Shown piece by piece: positions 18,715 to 28,828 of a DNA stretch of 64,000 nt. Under the pieces are notes generated by a model, which worked only from the letters and a program-made list of their open reading frames with translations, was not told where the DNA came from and made no database searches. Positions within the stretch are counted from its first letter, which is position 1, and each line of letters opens with the position of its first letter. The translations under genes were made by a program, and so were the position numbers. The stretch lies in the NCBI GenBank assembly GCA_963808235.1, contig CAWEEQ010000004.1:2272001-2336000 (forward strand), in the 5' to 3' direction. The stretch is from an uncultured delta proteobacterium (GTDB lineage Bacteria; Desulfobacterota; Binatia; Binatales; Binataceae).

Positions 18715-20151
18715 ATGAGCAACGAAATCACGATGCCCAAGCTTTCCGACACCATGGAGGAAGGCAAGATCCTCCGCTGGCTCAAGCATCCGGGCGACAA
18801 AATCGCGCCGGGCGATGCTATTGCCGAGGTCGAGACCGACAAGGCGGACATGGTGCTGGAGGCATTCGAAGCGGGCGTCCTCGCCGAAATTAAATTGAAC
18901 GAAGGTGAGAGTGCTCCGGTCGGAGCGGTGATCGCGATGATGAAATCAGGAGACTCAAAAGACGCCAAGTCCGATCCGAAGGCCCGTCCGAAAGAGGCAA
19001 TAGAAAATCCAGCCGCTTCAGAGGACTTTTCGGAAACGCAGAAACCGATCGAAATAAAGCCGAAAGCATCCGACAGGAAAGAAACTTCCGCAGCGCCTGC
19101 GGCGAAACCTTCTGAGCCGCGAAAAAAGCCGATCGCACCTGCCGCGGTCGTTGCCGATGGCTCTGCAAGCGACTACCAGGTCCATCCGGCGATGTCCGCA
19201 CATCAGTCGGCGGCTCCCACCGCGATCGCCGCGCCGCCGCCGCGAGTCGAGGCGCCTGCGCCCTCGCCTTCCGACGACGACGCCGACGGGCACAAGCTGC
19301 GCGCATCTCCACTCGCCCGACGCGCGGCGGAAGAGGCTGGTGTGGATCTCGCGCAAGTGCGCGGCTCGGGGCCTGAAGGGCGCGTGACCAAGCGCGACAT
19401 CGACAACTTTCTGCGCGAGCAGCAGCTCTTCAAATTCCGCCGCCTGGTCTCGCCGCGCGAAGGCGCGCCCGGCTCACGCGAAGAGCTGTCGAGCATGCGC
19501 AAAACGATCGCGAAGCGGATGGCGTTGTCGAAGCGCGAGATTCCGCATTTTTACGTTACCGTCGAAGTCGATATGGAAGACGTCGTTCGCCTGAAGGCTT
19601 CGCTCGAAGCGACCGAAGTGTTCGAGGAGACCGTCACCTACAACGACATTATCGTGAAGGCATGCGCGCTCGCGCTCGGGCGCTATCCGCGGATGAATGC
19701 GAGCTACGTCGACGAGGGAATCGTCATCCATCCGAATATTAATATCGGCGTGGCGGTCGCAGTCGAGGACGGATTGATCCTGCCGGTGATTCATGGATGC
19801 GAGCGCCTGTCCCTACTCGAGATCTCGCGCCAGGCGCATCAACTGGTCGCGAAGGCGAGTCGTGGCGGTTTCACTTCAGACGAATTATCGGGCGCAACGT
19901 TTTCGATTTCCAACATGGGGATGCTCGGTATTGAACATTTCGCCGCCGTAATCGTTCCGCCCCAGGCCGCGATACTGGCGGTGAGCGCGATCAAGGATCG
20001 TCCGGTCGTGCGCGCAGGCCAGCTCGCAGTCGGCAAGACGATGATGATGACGGTCTCGTGCGATCATCGAATAGTCGACGGCGTGGTGGCGGGCCGATTC
20101 CTGCAGGAGCTGAAACGCTTCCTGGAAAACCCCCCGAGCCTCCTCCTGTGA
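18715..20151 (+). CDS. pdhC: Dihydrolipoamide acetyltransferase E2 (single lipoyl domain)
   Basis: EVETDKA, ASPLARR..GSGPEGRV, DHRIVDG. Confidence 0.93.
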   Translation: MSNEITMPKLSDTMEEGKILRWLKHPGDKIAPGDAIAEVETDKADMVLEAFEAGVLAEIKLNEGESAPVGAVIAMMKSGDSKDAKSDPKARPKEAIENPAASEDFSETQKPIEIKPKASDRKETSAAPAAKPSEPRKKPIAPAAVVADGSASDYQVHPAMSAHQSAAPTAIAAPPPRVEAPAPSPSDDDADGHKLRASPLARRAAEEAGVDLAQVRGSGPEGRVTKRDIDNFLREQQLFKFRRLVSPREGAPGSREELSSMRKTIAKRMALSKREIPHFYVTVEVDMEDVVRLKASLEATEVFEETVTYNDIIVKACALALGRYPRMNASYVDEGIVIHPNINIGVAVAVEDGLILPVIHGCERLSLLEISRQAHQLVAKASRGGFTSDELSGATFSISNMGMLGIEHFAAVIVPPQAAILAVSAIKDRPVVRAGQLAVGKTMMMTVSCDHRIVDGVVAGRFLQELKRFLENPPSLLL

Positions 20152-20167
20152 GAGAAAGGACTTCATC

Positions 20168-21580
20168 TTGGCTAAGCCACGTTACGATCTGGTTGTGATT
20201 GGTTCCGGCCCGGGCGGATATGTTGCCGCGATTCGCGCTGCTCAGCTCAAGATGAGCGTCGCGGTTGTCGAACGCGATCGGCCGGGCGGCGTTTGCCTTA
20301 ACTGGGGATGTATCCCGTCGAAGGCGCTGCTCAACTCGGCGAGCGCGATGGACACGATTCGCGGCGCGTCGAAGGAGCATGGAATCGAAGTCGGCGAGAT
20401 ACGCTTCGACTTCAAGAAAGTGATCGCGCGCTCACGCGCCGCTGCCGACAAGCTCGCCAAGGGCGTGCGTTTTCTGCTCAAAAAAAACAAGGTAGATTTT
20501 TTCGAGGCCGACGCGAGTGTCGCCGGACCGCATTCGATTGCACTCAAACAAGCACCCGACAAGCCCGCACCTGAAGTTGCGGCGCTCGAGAGCGAGCGAA
20601 TTCTCATTGCGGCGGGCTCAGGCGAACGTCTGTTCCCCGGAATGACCGTCGGCGATGGCGTGATCACGAGCAAGGAGGCGCTGCTGCTCGACACGATGCC
20701 GGCGAGCGTCGCTGTGATCGGCGCGGGCGCAATCGGACTCGAGTTCGGCTACTTCTACAGCGCGTTCGGCGCCAAGGTGACGATCGTCGAATTGGAAAAG
20801 CAGATGCTCCCCGGCATCGACGCCGAAATCGCCGAGGAACTCCGCCGCGCGTTCGTCAAGCGCGGTGTGACCGTGATGCTTGGGCATGGTTACAAGTCGA
20901 TGGCGCGCAACGGCGATCTGTGGAAGGTCGTTGTCAGCGCCGATGGCGCCGACAAATCCGTCGAGGCCGAGACGGTGCTGGTCGCAGTCGGGCGCGCCCC
21001 GCTCAGTCAGAATATCGGACTCGAGAAGCTCGGGGTCGAACTCGAACGCGGCGGCTTTATCAAGATAAACGATTCGTTCCAGACCACCGTCCCGAGCATC
21101 TACTCGATCGGCGACGTCGTGCGGCCGCCGCTGCTCGCTCATAAGGCCAGCGCAGAGGGAATCGCAGCAGTCGAAATCATGGCAGGCGTTCGCGAGCCGG
21201 GATTCGATCTACTCAATATTCCCGGATGCATCTACTGCGAGCCGGAGGTCGCGACCGTGGGTCTCAGCGAGGCGGACGCGAAAGCGCGCGGCATCGAGGT
21301 CAAGGTCGGCAAGTTCCCGTTTCGCGCTCTCGGCAGAGCGGTCGCGATCGGCGAGCCCGAGGGTTTCGTGAAAATTGTCGCGACCAAGCAGTACGGTGAA
21401 GTGATTGGATGCCAGATTATCGGCCACGACGCGACTGATATAATTTCAGAAGTAGTGCTGGGCAAGACGCTCGAGACCACGACTGCCGAAATCGGCAAGA
21501 CCGCGCATCCGCATCCCACGATGTCCGAGGCGATTATGCAAGCAGCGCTGGCGGCCGACGGCGAAGCGATCGACATTTGA
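20168..21580 (+). CDS. lpdA: Dihydrolipoyl dehydrogenase E3
   Basis: GSGPGGY, GGVCLNWGCIPSK, HPHPTMSE. Confidence 0.95.
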   Translation: MAKPRYDLVVIGSGPGGYVAAIRAAQLKMSVAVVERDRPGGVCLNWGCIPSKALLNSASAMDTIRGASKEHGIEVGEIRFDFKKVIARSRAAADKLAKGVRFLLKKNKVDFFEADASVAGPHSIALKQAPDKPAPEVAALESERILIAAGSGERLFPGMTVGDGVITSKEALLLDTMPASVAVIGAGAIGLEFGYFYSAFGAKVTIVELEKQMLPGIDAEIAEELRRAFVKRGVTVMLGHGYKSMARNGDLWKVVVSADGADKSVEAETVLVAVGRAPLSQNIGLEKLGVELERGGFIKINDSFQTTVPSIYSIGDVVRPPLLAHKASAEGIAAVEIMAGVREPGFDLLNIPGCIYCEPEVATVGLSEADAKARGIEVKVGKFPFRALGRAVAIGEPEGFVKIVATKQYGEVIGCQIIGHDATDIISEVVLGKTLETTTAEIGKTAHPHPTMSEAIMQAALAADGEAIDI

Positions 21581-22266
21581 CGATGGAGCCCCGCGCAACA
21601 CTGGCCGTGGCAGATTTGGGCGTGGTCGACTATTCGGCGGCGCTCGAACTGCAGGCCGCGATGGTAGCGGCGCGGCTCGAGGGCAGAATCGGCGACACGC
21701 TGCTGCTGATGGAGCATCCGCACGTGATCACGCTCGGGCGCGGCGCCGACGAGCGCTTCATTGTCGAAAATCCAGGTGACGTGCCGACCTATCGCGTATC
21801 ACGCGGCGGACAGGTGACTTATCATGGACCGGGTCAGTCGATCGGCTATCCGATTATCAAGCTCGAAGGCAAAGCCCGCGACGTGACCCGATACTTGAGA
21901 AACCTCGAACAGGCGATGATCGACGCGCTCCGCGAATTCGGCCTCGACGCCGATCGTCGCGCCGGACTGACTGGAATCTGGATCGGCGCGCGCAAGATAG
22001 CCTCGATCGGAGTCGGTATCCGGCGCTGGGTCACCTATCATGGCTTCGCGCTCAACGTATCCACTGATCTGAGCTTCTTCGATTCGATCGTCCCGTGCGG
22101 AATCGAGGGATGCCGCATGACTTCGATCGATGAGAGCATCGGAGTCGGGCGAGTTTCCGTGCGCGAGTTCAGCTCGTCGATGCGCACTCACTTTGCCAAC
22201 GTCTTCGGCTATGACACCTTCGTCGCATCGAGCGACGTCGCAAATCTGGGCGCTAGTGATGGCTGA
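21577..22266 (+). CDS. lipB: Octanoyltransferase
   Basis: EHPHVITLG, RGGQVTYHGPGQ, KIASIG, HGFALN, IVPCG. Confidence 0.94.
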   Translation: MTMEPRATLAVADLGVVDYSAALELQAAMVAARLEGRIGDTLLLMEHPHVITLGRGADERFIVENPGDVPTYRVSRGGQVTYHGPGQSIGYPIIKLEGKARDVTRYLRNLEQAMIDALREFGLDADRRAGLTGIWIGARKIASIGVGIRRWVTYHGFALNVSTDLSFFDSIVPCGIEGCRMTSIDESIGVGRVSVREFSSSMRTHFANVFGYDTFVASSDVANLGASDG

Positions 22267-23122
22267 GCGGAAACATCCGGATTGGATCAAGGTGCGAGCG
22301 CCGGTCTCGCCTGAGTACTTTCGCACCAAGGCGATTCTTGGCGAGCTGAAGCTGCACTCGGTCTGCCAGGAGGCGTGCTGCCCGAATATCGGCGAATGCT
22401 TTTCGCATCGCACCGCGACCTTCATGTTGATGGGCGACGTATGCACGCGTAATTGCCCGTACTGCGCAGTCGCGCACGGCAGAGTTCGTCCTCTCGACGC
22501 CGACGAGCCCCGTAGAATCGCGCAGGCGGTGGCGCGACTCGGCTTGCAGCACGTGGTGGTTACCTCAGTCGATCGCGACGATCTGCGCGACGGCGGCGCG
22601 GCGCATTTCGCGGCCACTGCGCACGCGATCAAGGCGAATCCCGAGCCGGCGCGGGTCGAAGTGTTGGTACCGGATTTCCAGGGATCGTTCGAGAGCGTTG
22701 AGACGGTGGTGCGATCGCCGGTCGATATTTACAACCACAATATCGAGACTGTGCCGAGTCTATATAGAAACGTGCGTCCCGGTGGAAACTACGATCGATC
22801 GCTCGCGGTGATTCGTCATGCGAGGGACGCCGCGCGCGAAGTCGGCAAGCACATGTTCACCAAGGCCGGGGTGATGCTTGGGCTCGGCGAGACGAACGAC
22901 CAATTGCTCGCCGTGATCCGCGACTTGCGCGGGGTCGGATGCGATATCCTGACGATGGGGCAGTATCTGCGGCCGTCGAAGGAGCATATACCGGTCGCGA
23001 GATATGTGCCGCCGGACGAATTCGCGGAACTCAAGAATGCAGCGCTCGCGATGGGTTTTCATCACGTCGAATCCGGCCCGCTGGTGCGCAGCTCATACCA
23101 CGCCTGGGAACACGTCAACTGA
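22259..23122 (+). CDS. lipA: Lipoyl synthase
   Basis: CQEACCPNIGEC, CTRNCPYC, RSSYHA. Confidence 0.95.
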   Translation: MAERKHPDWIKVRAPVSPEYFRTKAILGELKLHSVCQEACCPNIGECFSHRTATFMLMGDVCTRNCPYCAVAHGRVRPLDADEPRRIAQAVARLGLQHVVVTSVDRDDLRDGGAAHFAATAHAIKANPEPARVEVLVPDFQGSFESVETVVRSPVDIYNHNIETVPSLYRNVRPGGNYDRSLAVIRHARDAAREVGKHMFTKAGVMLGLGETNDQLLAVIRDLRGVGCDILTMGQYLRPSKEHIPVARYVPPDEFAELKNAALAMGFHHVESGPLVRSSYHAWEHVN

Positions 23123-23133
23123 CGCCAAAATGA

Positions 23134-23165
23134 AGCGCGCCGCGGAGTCAGCTCCGCGGCGCGCT
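23134..23165. terminator. Perfect hairpin between convergent lipA and mlaA
   Basis: agcgcgccgcggag-tcag-ctccgcggcgcgct. Confidence 0.7.
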
Positions 23166-23192
23166 AGTCTTCAGATCTTCAGATTAGTCAGC

Positions 23193-24062
23193 TTACCAAT
23201 TTTCCTCGTGGAGCTGCTTTACCTCATGCACGCGCGTCTGCAGGTACGCGTCCTGGACCGCGCCGTAGAGATCGATCGCGTAACGATCAGCCTCTTCGAA
23301 CTGGTTCAGATGAAGCGAACGATAGTTTACCGCCTCGACTACGCGCCGTCCGCTCGCCACTGAAATCGCGACCCACCATGGAACGAAATAGCTGATCGGA
23401 TCCATCGCACCGTCGGCAACCAGGCCCACGGTATCGCCGATCGTCGAAGGTCCGAAGAACGGGAGCATCACGTATGGACCGGTCGGAATGTCGTAGTAGC
23501 GAATCGTCAGGCCGAAATCGTTGTCATGTTCCTTGAGCCCAAACCATTTGTCGGCGGGATCGAACAAGCCGACAATACCGACCGTGGTGTTAATTCCAAA
23601 GCGGGCGACTTCGGTCCCGGCCTCCGCGAGCTTCAGCTGAAACAGATTATTGGCGAAGCGCGGTATGACCCGAGTGTTGTTCAGGAAGTTGCCTACGCTC
23701 ACGCGCGCCGGCTCCGGCAGAACCGTCGCGTATCCGCTTGCTACCGGGCGCAGCACCCAATCGTCGAGCTTCAGGTTGAAGGTGAACATCGCCTCGTTGA
23801 AGCCGGACAGCGGGTCCGCGTAGCCAGCCTGTTGATTGTTGTCACCCGGCTGCGGATTTGTCGCAGCCGCCGATTGCGCGGCTGGATTTTGCGAGAGCGG
23901 GGCCGCGTCCTGGCACAGCGCCGGGGTTGTGTAGGCAAGGGCCGCGACCATCGATGCGGCCAGCATCAGGCGCAGTCCGCCTGTCTTTTCGGCTGGTTTC
24001 GGACAAGATCTCATATGCGCGTCTCCATCAGGATTGCGATAATTCTGGCGCCTCTTTCCCAC
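23193..24062 (-). CDS. mlaA: MlaA/VacJ family protein
   Basis: DPLSGFNEAMFTFN, RFGINTTVGIVGLFD, DFGLT, GPYVMLPFFGPST; true start probably downstream. Confidence 0.9.
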   Translation of the reverse strand: MGKRRQNYRNPDGDAHMRSCPKPAEKTGGLRLMLAASMVAALAYTTPALCQDAAPLSQNPAAQSAAATNPQPGDNNQQAGYADPLSGFNEAMFTFNLKLDDWVLRPVASGYATVLPEPARVSVGNFLNNTRVIPRFANNLFQLKLAEAGTEVARFGINTTVGIVGLFDPADKWFGLKEHDNDFGLTIRYYDIPTGPYVMLPFFGPSTIGDTVGLVADGAMDPISYFVPWWVAISVASGRRVVEAVNYRSLHLNQFEEADRYAIDLYGAVQDAYLQTRVHEVKQLHEENW

Positions 24063-24103
24063 AATTACAGGTTATCTGCGTATAGATGGCGAATCCATAC
24101 CCG

Positions 24104-24769
24104 TTAGTGATTCGCGAGCGAAGCCGCAAGGGCAGCCTGCTTGCTCTTCAGATCGCTTATCAGCGTGTCATAGCCCTTATTGTTCATGACCCGATTAAAC
24201 TGGTTGCGGTAGTTTGCGATGATGCTAATTGCGTCCACGGTAACGTCGTAGATCTTCCACGCGCCGTCTTTTTGCAAAAGGCGATAGTTCACATGAATCG
24301 GGTCTTTGCCCTGCTGCACGATATCGGTATTTATCTGGGCTTCCTGGGGACTCTCCGCGGTTGCTTTCAAAAAGGTGACCTGCTGTCCCTTGTAGTCGTT
24401 GATCTTGCTCAGGTACGAATCCTCGATAAACGAAATAAAGACGTTGGTGAACTCCTGCTGCTGGTCCGGAGTGATTTGCTTCCAATGGTAGCCGAGCGCC
24501 GATTTCGCCATCTCGGTGAAATCAAAGGTGGAAGACACGATCTGACGGAGCTTGTCCTGGCGCTGGGCCAGAGGAGCGCTCTTGTCGCTTAGGACGCTCA
24601 GCGCCTGATTCACGGTTTGCTGCACGACCGCCATCGGCGTGGTCGTATCCTGAGCGCGGGCGATACCTACGACGCTCGATTGAAAAAGGAACACGGCGAT
24701 CGCCGTCGTTATCGTGAGCAATCGGGGCAAGGTGAAGCGTCGGAGCGATGAAGTTGTCATAGTCGTCAT
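24104..24769 (-). CDS. mlaC: MlaC/Ttg2D periplasmic lipid-binding protein
   Basis: FDFTEMAKSALG, WKIYDVTVDAISIIANYRNQF. Confidence 0.9.
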   Translation of the reverse strand: MTTMTTSSLRRFTLPRLLTITTAIAVFLFQSSVVGIARAQDTTTPMAVVQQTVNQALSVLSDKSAPLAQRQDKLRQIVSSTFDFTEMAKSALGYHWKQITPDQQQEFTNVFISFIEDSYLSKINDYKGQQVTFLKATAESPQEAQINTDIVQQGKDPIHVNYRLLQKDGAWKIYDVTVDAISIIANYRNQFNRVMNNKGYDTLISDLKSKQAALAASLANH

Positions 24770-24773
24770 AATA

Positions 24774-25337
24774 TCACTTCTTGATATTGTCTCCCGGTTT
24801 CCCTGCTTCCGGCTTTGAGTCCTTACATGGACAGGGGTTTGTGGTCGCGGATTTCGAACTCTTTTCGGAATCTCCATTGCCATTTCCATTGCTGCTTCCA
24901 GAGCCGTTGATTAGCTGTCCGATTGCGTCCTCGAGCACGAATGCCGACTGCGTCTGCCGGATCGTACTGCCGTCTCTGAGGATCCGGTCGCTCGGCCCGA
25001 GCTGGATCGAAACGTACTTGTCGCCAATTATCCCACTGGTTTTGATTGCCGCAATCGCATCCGCATCGATCTGAACGCCCTCGTTCAGGCGCAACGCAAT
25101 TCGCGCCCGCTCATTGTTCAGCATGATACCGGCGACCTTGCCGATTTGCACACCTGCGAGTTGGACCTGGTCGCCAGTCTTCAATCCTGAAATGTTATCG
25201 AAACTCGCGTAGAGCGTGTAGCCCGGCGTTGGCAGAATCGAGATTTTGCCGAGTGATATCGACAGAATCGCGAGCGCGACGATCCCCAGAAGCGCAAAAA
25301 TCCCGACGATGAACTGCGTGGTTCGACTTGCGTACAT
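24774..25337 (-). CDS. mlaD: MlaD MCE-domain protein
   Basis: FDNISGLKTGDQVQLAGVQIGKV, IKTSGIIGDKYVSI. Confidence 0.92.
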   Translation of the reverse strand: MYASRTTQFIVGIFALLGIVALAILSISLGKISILPTPGYTLYASFDNISGLKTGDQVQLAGVQIGKVAGIMLNNERARIALRLNEGVQIDADAIAAIKTSGIIGDKYVSIQLGPSDRILRDGSTIRQTQSAFVLEDAIGQLINGSGSSNGNGNGDSEKSSKSATTNPCPCKDSKPEAGKPGDNIKK

Positions 25338-25349
25338 AGTCTGCTTGTT

Positions 25350-26162
25350 TCAGCCCGCCAGGGCCGTTTCATTCTCCTCGCCGGATGCTTTCCCGGCCAG
25401 AAACCGCTTAAAGACCTCGTCGTTCGCCGCCGTCACCTCTGCAACGGTGCCGTTCAGATGGGTCTTGCCATTGTGAAGAAAGGCGATCCGATCGGAAACC
25501 TCGAAGACCGCCGGCACGTCATGACTGACCATCACCGCGGTCAAGTCGAAGTTCTTCTGAGTTCGCCGGATAAGCTCATGGATCGCGCCGGTCCGCGACG
25601 GATCGAGGCCGGTGGTCGGCTCGTCGAGCATCAGGATTTTCGGCCGATGCACCAAGGCTCGCGCGAGCGCTGCGCGTTTCTGCATCCCGCCGCTCATCTG
25701 CGACGGAAATTTTTGCTCCATACCTTCGAGCCCGACCGCCTTCAAGGTTTCATGCACGCGATCGGCGATCTCGCTCCGGCTCAATTTGGATTTCTCGACC
25801 AGCGGGAACGCGACGTTGTCGAATATCGGCATCGAATCGAACAACGCACCCGCCTGAAAGAGCATCCCGAATTTTTCCCGGATCGCGTCGATTCCGCGCG
25901 CGCCAAGTTTGGTCACTTCAATGCGATCGATCATGATCGTGCCCGAGTCGGGTCTCAGCAACAGGTTCAGATGCTTCAACAAGACCGTCTTGCCCGAGCC
26001 GCTCGGCCCCACGATCGTCGTGATCTGACCGGCCGGGAAATCGAGGGTAACCCCGTCGAGCACCTGTTGATGGCCGAAGCGGCGGCGAAGATCGCGCACT
26101 TCGATCGCATTGCCGTTCTTGGCGCCGTTTCCAGCCGTGGCAGTGTTTGCAGCTTCGCTCAT
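25350..26162 (-). CDS. mlaF: MlaF ABC ATPase
   Basis: GPSGSGKT, FQAGALFDS, MSGGMQKR, DEPTTGLDP. Confidence 0.92.
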   Translation of the reverse strand: MSEAANTATAGNGAKNGNAIEVRDLRRRFGHQQVLDGVTLDFPAGQITTIVGPSGSGKTVLLKHLNLLLRPDSGTIMIDRIEVTKLGARGIDAIREKFGMLFQAGALFDSMPIFDNVAFPLVEKSKLSRSEIADRVHETLKAVGLEGMEQKFPSQMSGGMQKRAALARALVHRPKILMLDEPTTGLDPSRTGAIHELIRRTQKNFDLTAVMVSHDVPAVFEVSDRIAFLHNGKTHLNGTVAEVTAANDEVFKRFLAGKASGEENETALAG

Positions 26163-26184
26163 GACTCCAGCTCGCGAAAATTCG

Positions 26185-26961
26185 TCACAAAAGTATAGAC
26201 GTAAGGAAGTAATCCCATGCAAGAATCAGCACGCTCGAAAGCACCACCGCCTCGGTGGTGGCGCGGCTAACCCCGGTCGCCATCCGTTCTGCGTGGTATC
26301 CCTTGTAGCAACAGACCCACATTACAACCACGCCGAAGACCAGCGCCTTGTAGAGACCGGTCATGATGTCGTGGCCGCTCATGTTCGCCGCGATGCCATT
26401 GAAGTACGCCCCCGATGGCGCTCCCATCAGGCCGACCCCGACCGCATAGCCGCCCCAGATTCCGATCACGTCGAAGATGGCGGTCAAGAGCGGAAAACTT
26501 ATGATGCCCGCCAGCATGCGCGGCGAGATCAAGTATTGAACCGGGTTGATCGCCATCACGGTCAGCGCATCGATTTGCTCGGTCGATTGCATCGAGCCGA
26601 GCTCCGCCGCCATCGCGGAGCCGGCGCGCGCCGCGATCATGAGCGCGGCGAGCACGGGACCAAGCTCACGCACCAGGACCAGGGCGACCACGGTGCCGAG
26701 CGCTCCGTCAGAGCCAAAGCGCCGGAGCGTGTTGTAGCCCTGTAAGCCCAGCACCATTCCAGTGAAAGCGCCGATCAGGATGATCAGGAACAGCGAATCG
26801 GCGCCGATGATCCTGATTTGACGGATCCACAAGCGCGGCTTGAACGGCGGGACAAATGTATAAAAGACCGCGCCGAGCAGAAAAATTACAAAATTGCCGA
26901 GCTGGACAACGCCGTCCAGGACCCGAGCCCCAAGCTGCTCAATCATTTCCACGATCGACAT
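26185..26961 (-). CDS. mlaE: MlaE permease
   Basis: RELGPVLAALMIAARAGSAMAAELGSM..TEQIDAL, GVSRATT. Confidence 0.93.
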   Translation of the reverse strand: MSIVEMIEQLGARVLDGVVQLGNFVIFLLGAVFYTFVPPFKPRLWIRQIRIIGADSLFLIILIGAFTGMVLGLQGYNTLRRFGSDGALGTVVALVLVRELGPVLAALMIAARAGSAMAAELGSMQSTEQIDALTVMAINPVQYLISPRMLAGIISFPLLTAIFDVIGIWGGYAVGVGLMGAPSGAYFNGIAANMSGHDIMTGLYKALVFGVVVMWVCCYKGYHAERMATGVSRATTEAVVLSSVLILAWDYFLTSILL

Positions 26962-26973
26962 CGGTCTGGTTTT

Positions 26974-27624
26974 TTAATGATGAGCAATCCCGAGCCGGGC
27001 CAGCTGATTGTGAGTATGCGTGTGCGATCCTGCACGCTCGAATTCGGCGAGATCCGCGACGACGTCAAGGTCAAGCGCCGGTCGTGCAAGTCGCAGCACT
27101 GTAGCGGGAACATCGGTCGTTCGGCAATCGTCCAGATGCCGCACCAGGCTCATCCGTCCGAACCGCGTCGCGACCGCGTCGGCCGGCGCCCGGCAGATCA
27201 CGTTGGTGCCGGAGAAATCGCGCGACGGGACCAGCACCACGCCGCGGTCGGACCTGGACGGCATCGCGGCGAACACGGCGTCGATATCCTCTGCGGTAAT
27301 GAGCGGGATGTCGGATAGCACGGTGCAAACGATGGAGGCGCCCTGGTCGATCAGCGCGGAGGTCGCAAGCGCGACGGCGGCGTTGAGCCCGCGCGGAAAT
27401 TCCTCGTCGATGGTCAGCGCTTGCGCCGAGCGCGCCAGCTCGAGCAGCGCCGCATCGGAGGTCACCACGGCAACGTGATCGGCGGCGCGGGCGGATGACG
27501 ATGCGGCCAGTACGTCACGGAACATTGCCTCGGCTAGCGCACGACGCTCAGTCGGCGCAAATGCGCCCGCGAGCCTCGTCTTGGCAAATTCGAGCTGCTT
27601 GGCAGCGATAAGGATGACCCGCAC
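26974..27624 (-). CDS. cofC: CofC/FbiD guanylyltransferase (F420 biosynthesis)
   Basis: AKTRLA, RALAEAMFRDVL, GLNAAV, SDIPL, GTN, FG..S..RH, LDLDV..DL. Confidence 0.87.
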   Translation of the reverse strand: MRVILIAAKQLEFAKTRLAGAFAPTERRALAEAMFRDVLAASSSARAADHVAVVTSDAALLELARSAQALTIDEEFPRGLNAAVALATSALIDQGASIVCTVLSDIPLITAEDIDAVFAAMPSRSDRGVVLVPSRDFSGTNVICRAPADAVATRFGRMSLVRHLDDCRTTDVPATVLRLARPALDLDVVADLAEFERAGSHTHTHNQLARLGIAHH

Positions 27625-27880
27625 GGCGTATGTTTATAACCTATCGCGCCCGCTTCTATCCAACGACGGAAGCCTGCATTGATCTTGCCTGCTTCGTCCT
27701 TCATTGGTACATGCCACAGGCCACGCGACCGGCGCAAAACCATGGAGTCAGGTGCAGACTTGACAGTGTTTCCGTGTACGTCTCAACATAAAAGCTGGAG
27801 CCGTTATCGCTAGCGTCGTTTGTGCTCGTCGCCGGCCGCTATTGAGCGAAGACCCGATTTCCCGGAGGGGACTATACCTG

Positions 27881-28783
27881 ATGAACAAGAAGCCCTATTT
27901 CGAGAGCCGGAAAACAAGTGTGTGGTCGTGGGCCGGAGCCCTGCTTGCGGCCGGCGCGATAAGCCTGATCGTTGCCGGATGCCATCGCAAGACCGCCGAT
28001 GACTATCTGGCCGAAGGCGACGCCGACATGCAGGCGACGAAACTCCCCGACGCGGAGAAAGCGTACCAGGAGGCGGTCAAGCTGGCGCCGACCGATCCGC
28101 GAACACATATCGCGTTAGGCAACCTTTACGTTTTTGAACATAAGCCCGCCGACGCGCAGATCGAGTTCATGACCGTGCTCGAGTCCGATCCGAAAAACGC
28201 CGCGACTCACGTGGCGCTCGGCAACCTGTACGGCGATCAGAACCAGCTCGGGCTGGCGGAAAATCAATTCCGCGCGGCGGTCGCGCTGGAACCCGATCGT
28301 CCGAACTACCATCTCGATCTCGGCGAAGCGCTGCGCAAAGAGGGCAAGACGTTGCCCGCGGAAGATCAAATCCGCACCGCAATCGGACTCAATCCAAAAG
28401 ACGCGCAGGCGCATCTGGCGCTGGCAAATCTGCTCGCGAGCGCTCCAGGCCGCTCGGCTGAGGCCAACGCCGAGTTCGACCAGGTGCGAGCGCTCGACGC
28501 GAAGCTGGCACCCGCGCCAGTTAGTACCGCTTCGGCAGCGCCGGAGGCAGGCGCCACTGCCGCGACGGCGCCGGCTGGTCCGCCTCAAGTCAAGCCGCTC
28601 AACAAGCTCTTCGTGCTGACAAAGAATTCTCCGGTCTACCAGAATCCCGACGAGACCAGTTCCACGATCGGAGAAGTGCGCCGCAAGAAATATGTTCACG
28701 TGACCGGAATCGCAGGCAACTTTCTGCAAATCAAACTGAAAAACGGCACCATCGGTTTCATACCGGTGGCCGCAGCGGAGTAG
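27881..28783 (+). CDS. TPR-repeat lipoprotein with C-terminal SH3b-like domain
   Basis: Lipobox IVAG-C; TPR repeats (HIALGNLY, HVALGNLY, HLDLGEAL); C-terminal VYQNPDETS...LQIKLKNGTIGFIP. Confidence 0.8.
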   Translation: MNKKPYFESRKTSVWSWAGALLAAGAISLIVAGCHRKTADDYLAEGDADMQATKLPDAEKAYQEAVKLAPTDPRTHIALGNLYVFEHKPADAQIEFMTVLESDPKNAATHVALGNLYGDQNQLGLAENQFRAAVALEPDRPNYHLDLGEALRKEGKTLPAEDQIRTAIGLNPKDAQAHLALANLLASAPGRSAEANAEFDQVRALDAKLAPAPVSTASAAPEAGATAATAPAGPPQVKPLNKLFVLTKNSPVYQNPDETSSTIGEVRRKKYVHVTGIAGNFLQIKLKNGTIGFIPVAAAE

Positions 28784-28828
28784 CGCTCGCGGACTGGTCC
28801 TGAATTTTAATTTTCGAGGTGGACAGCG

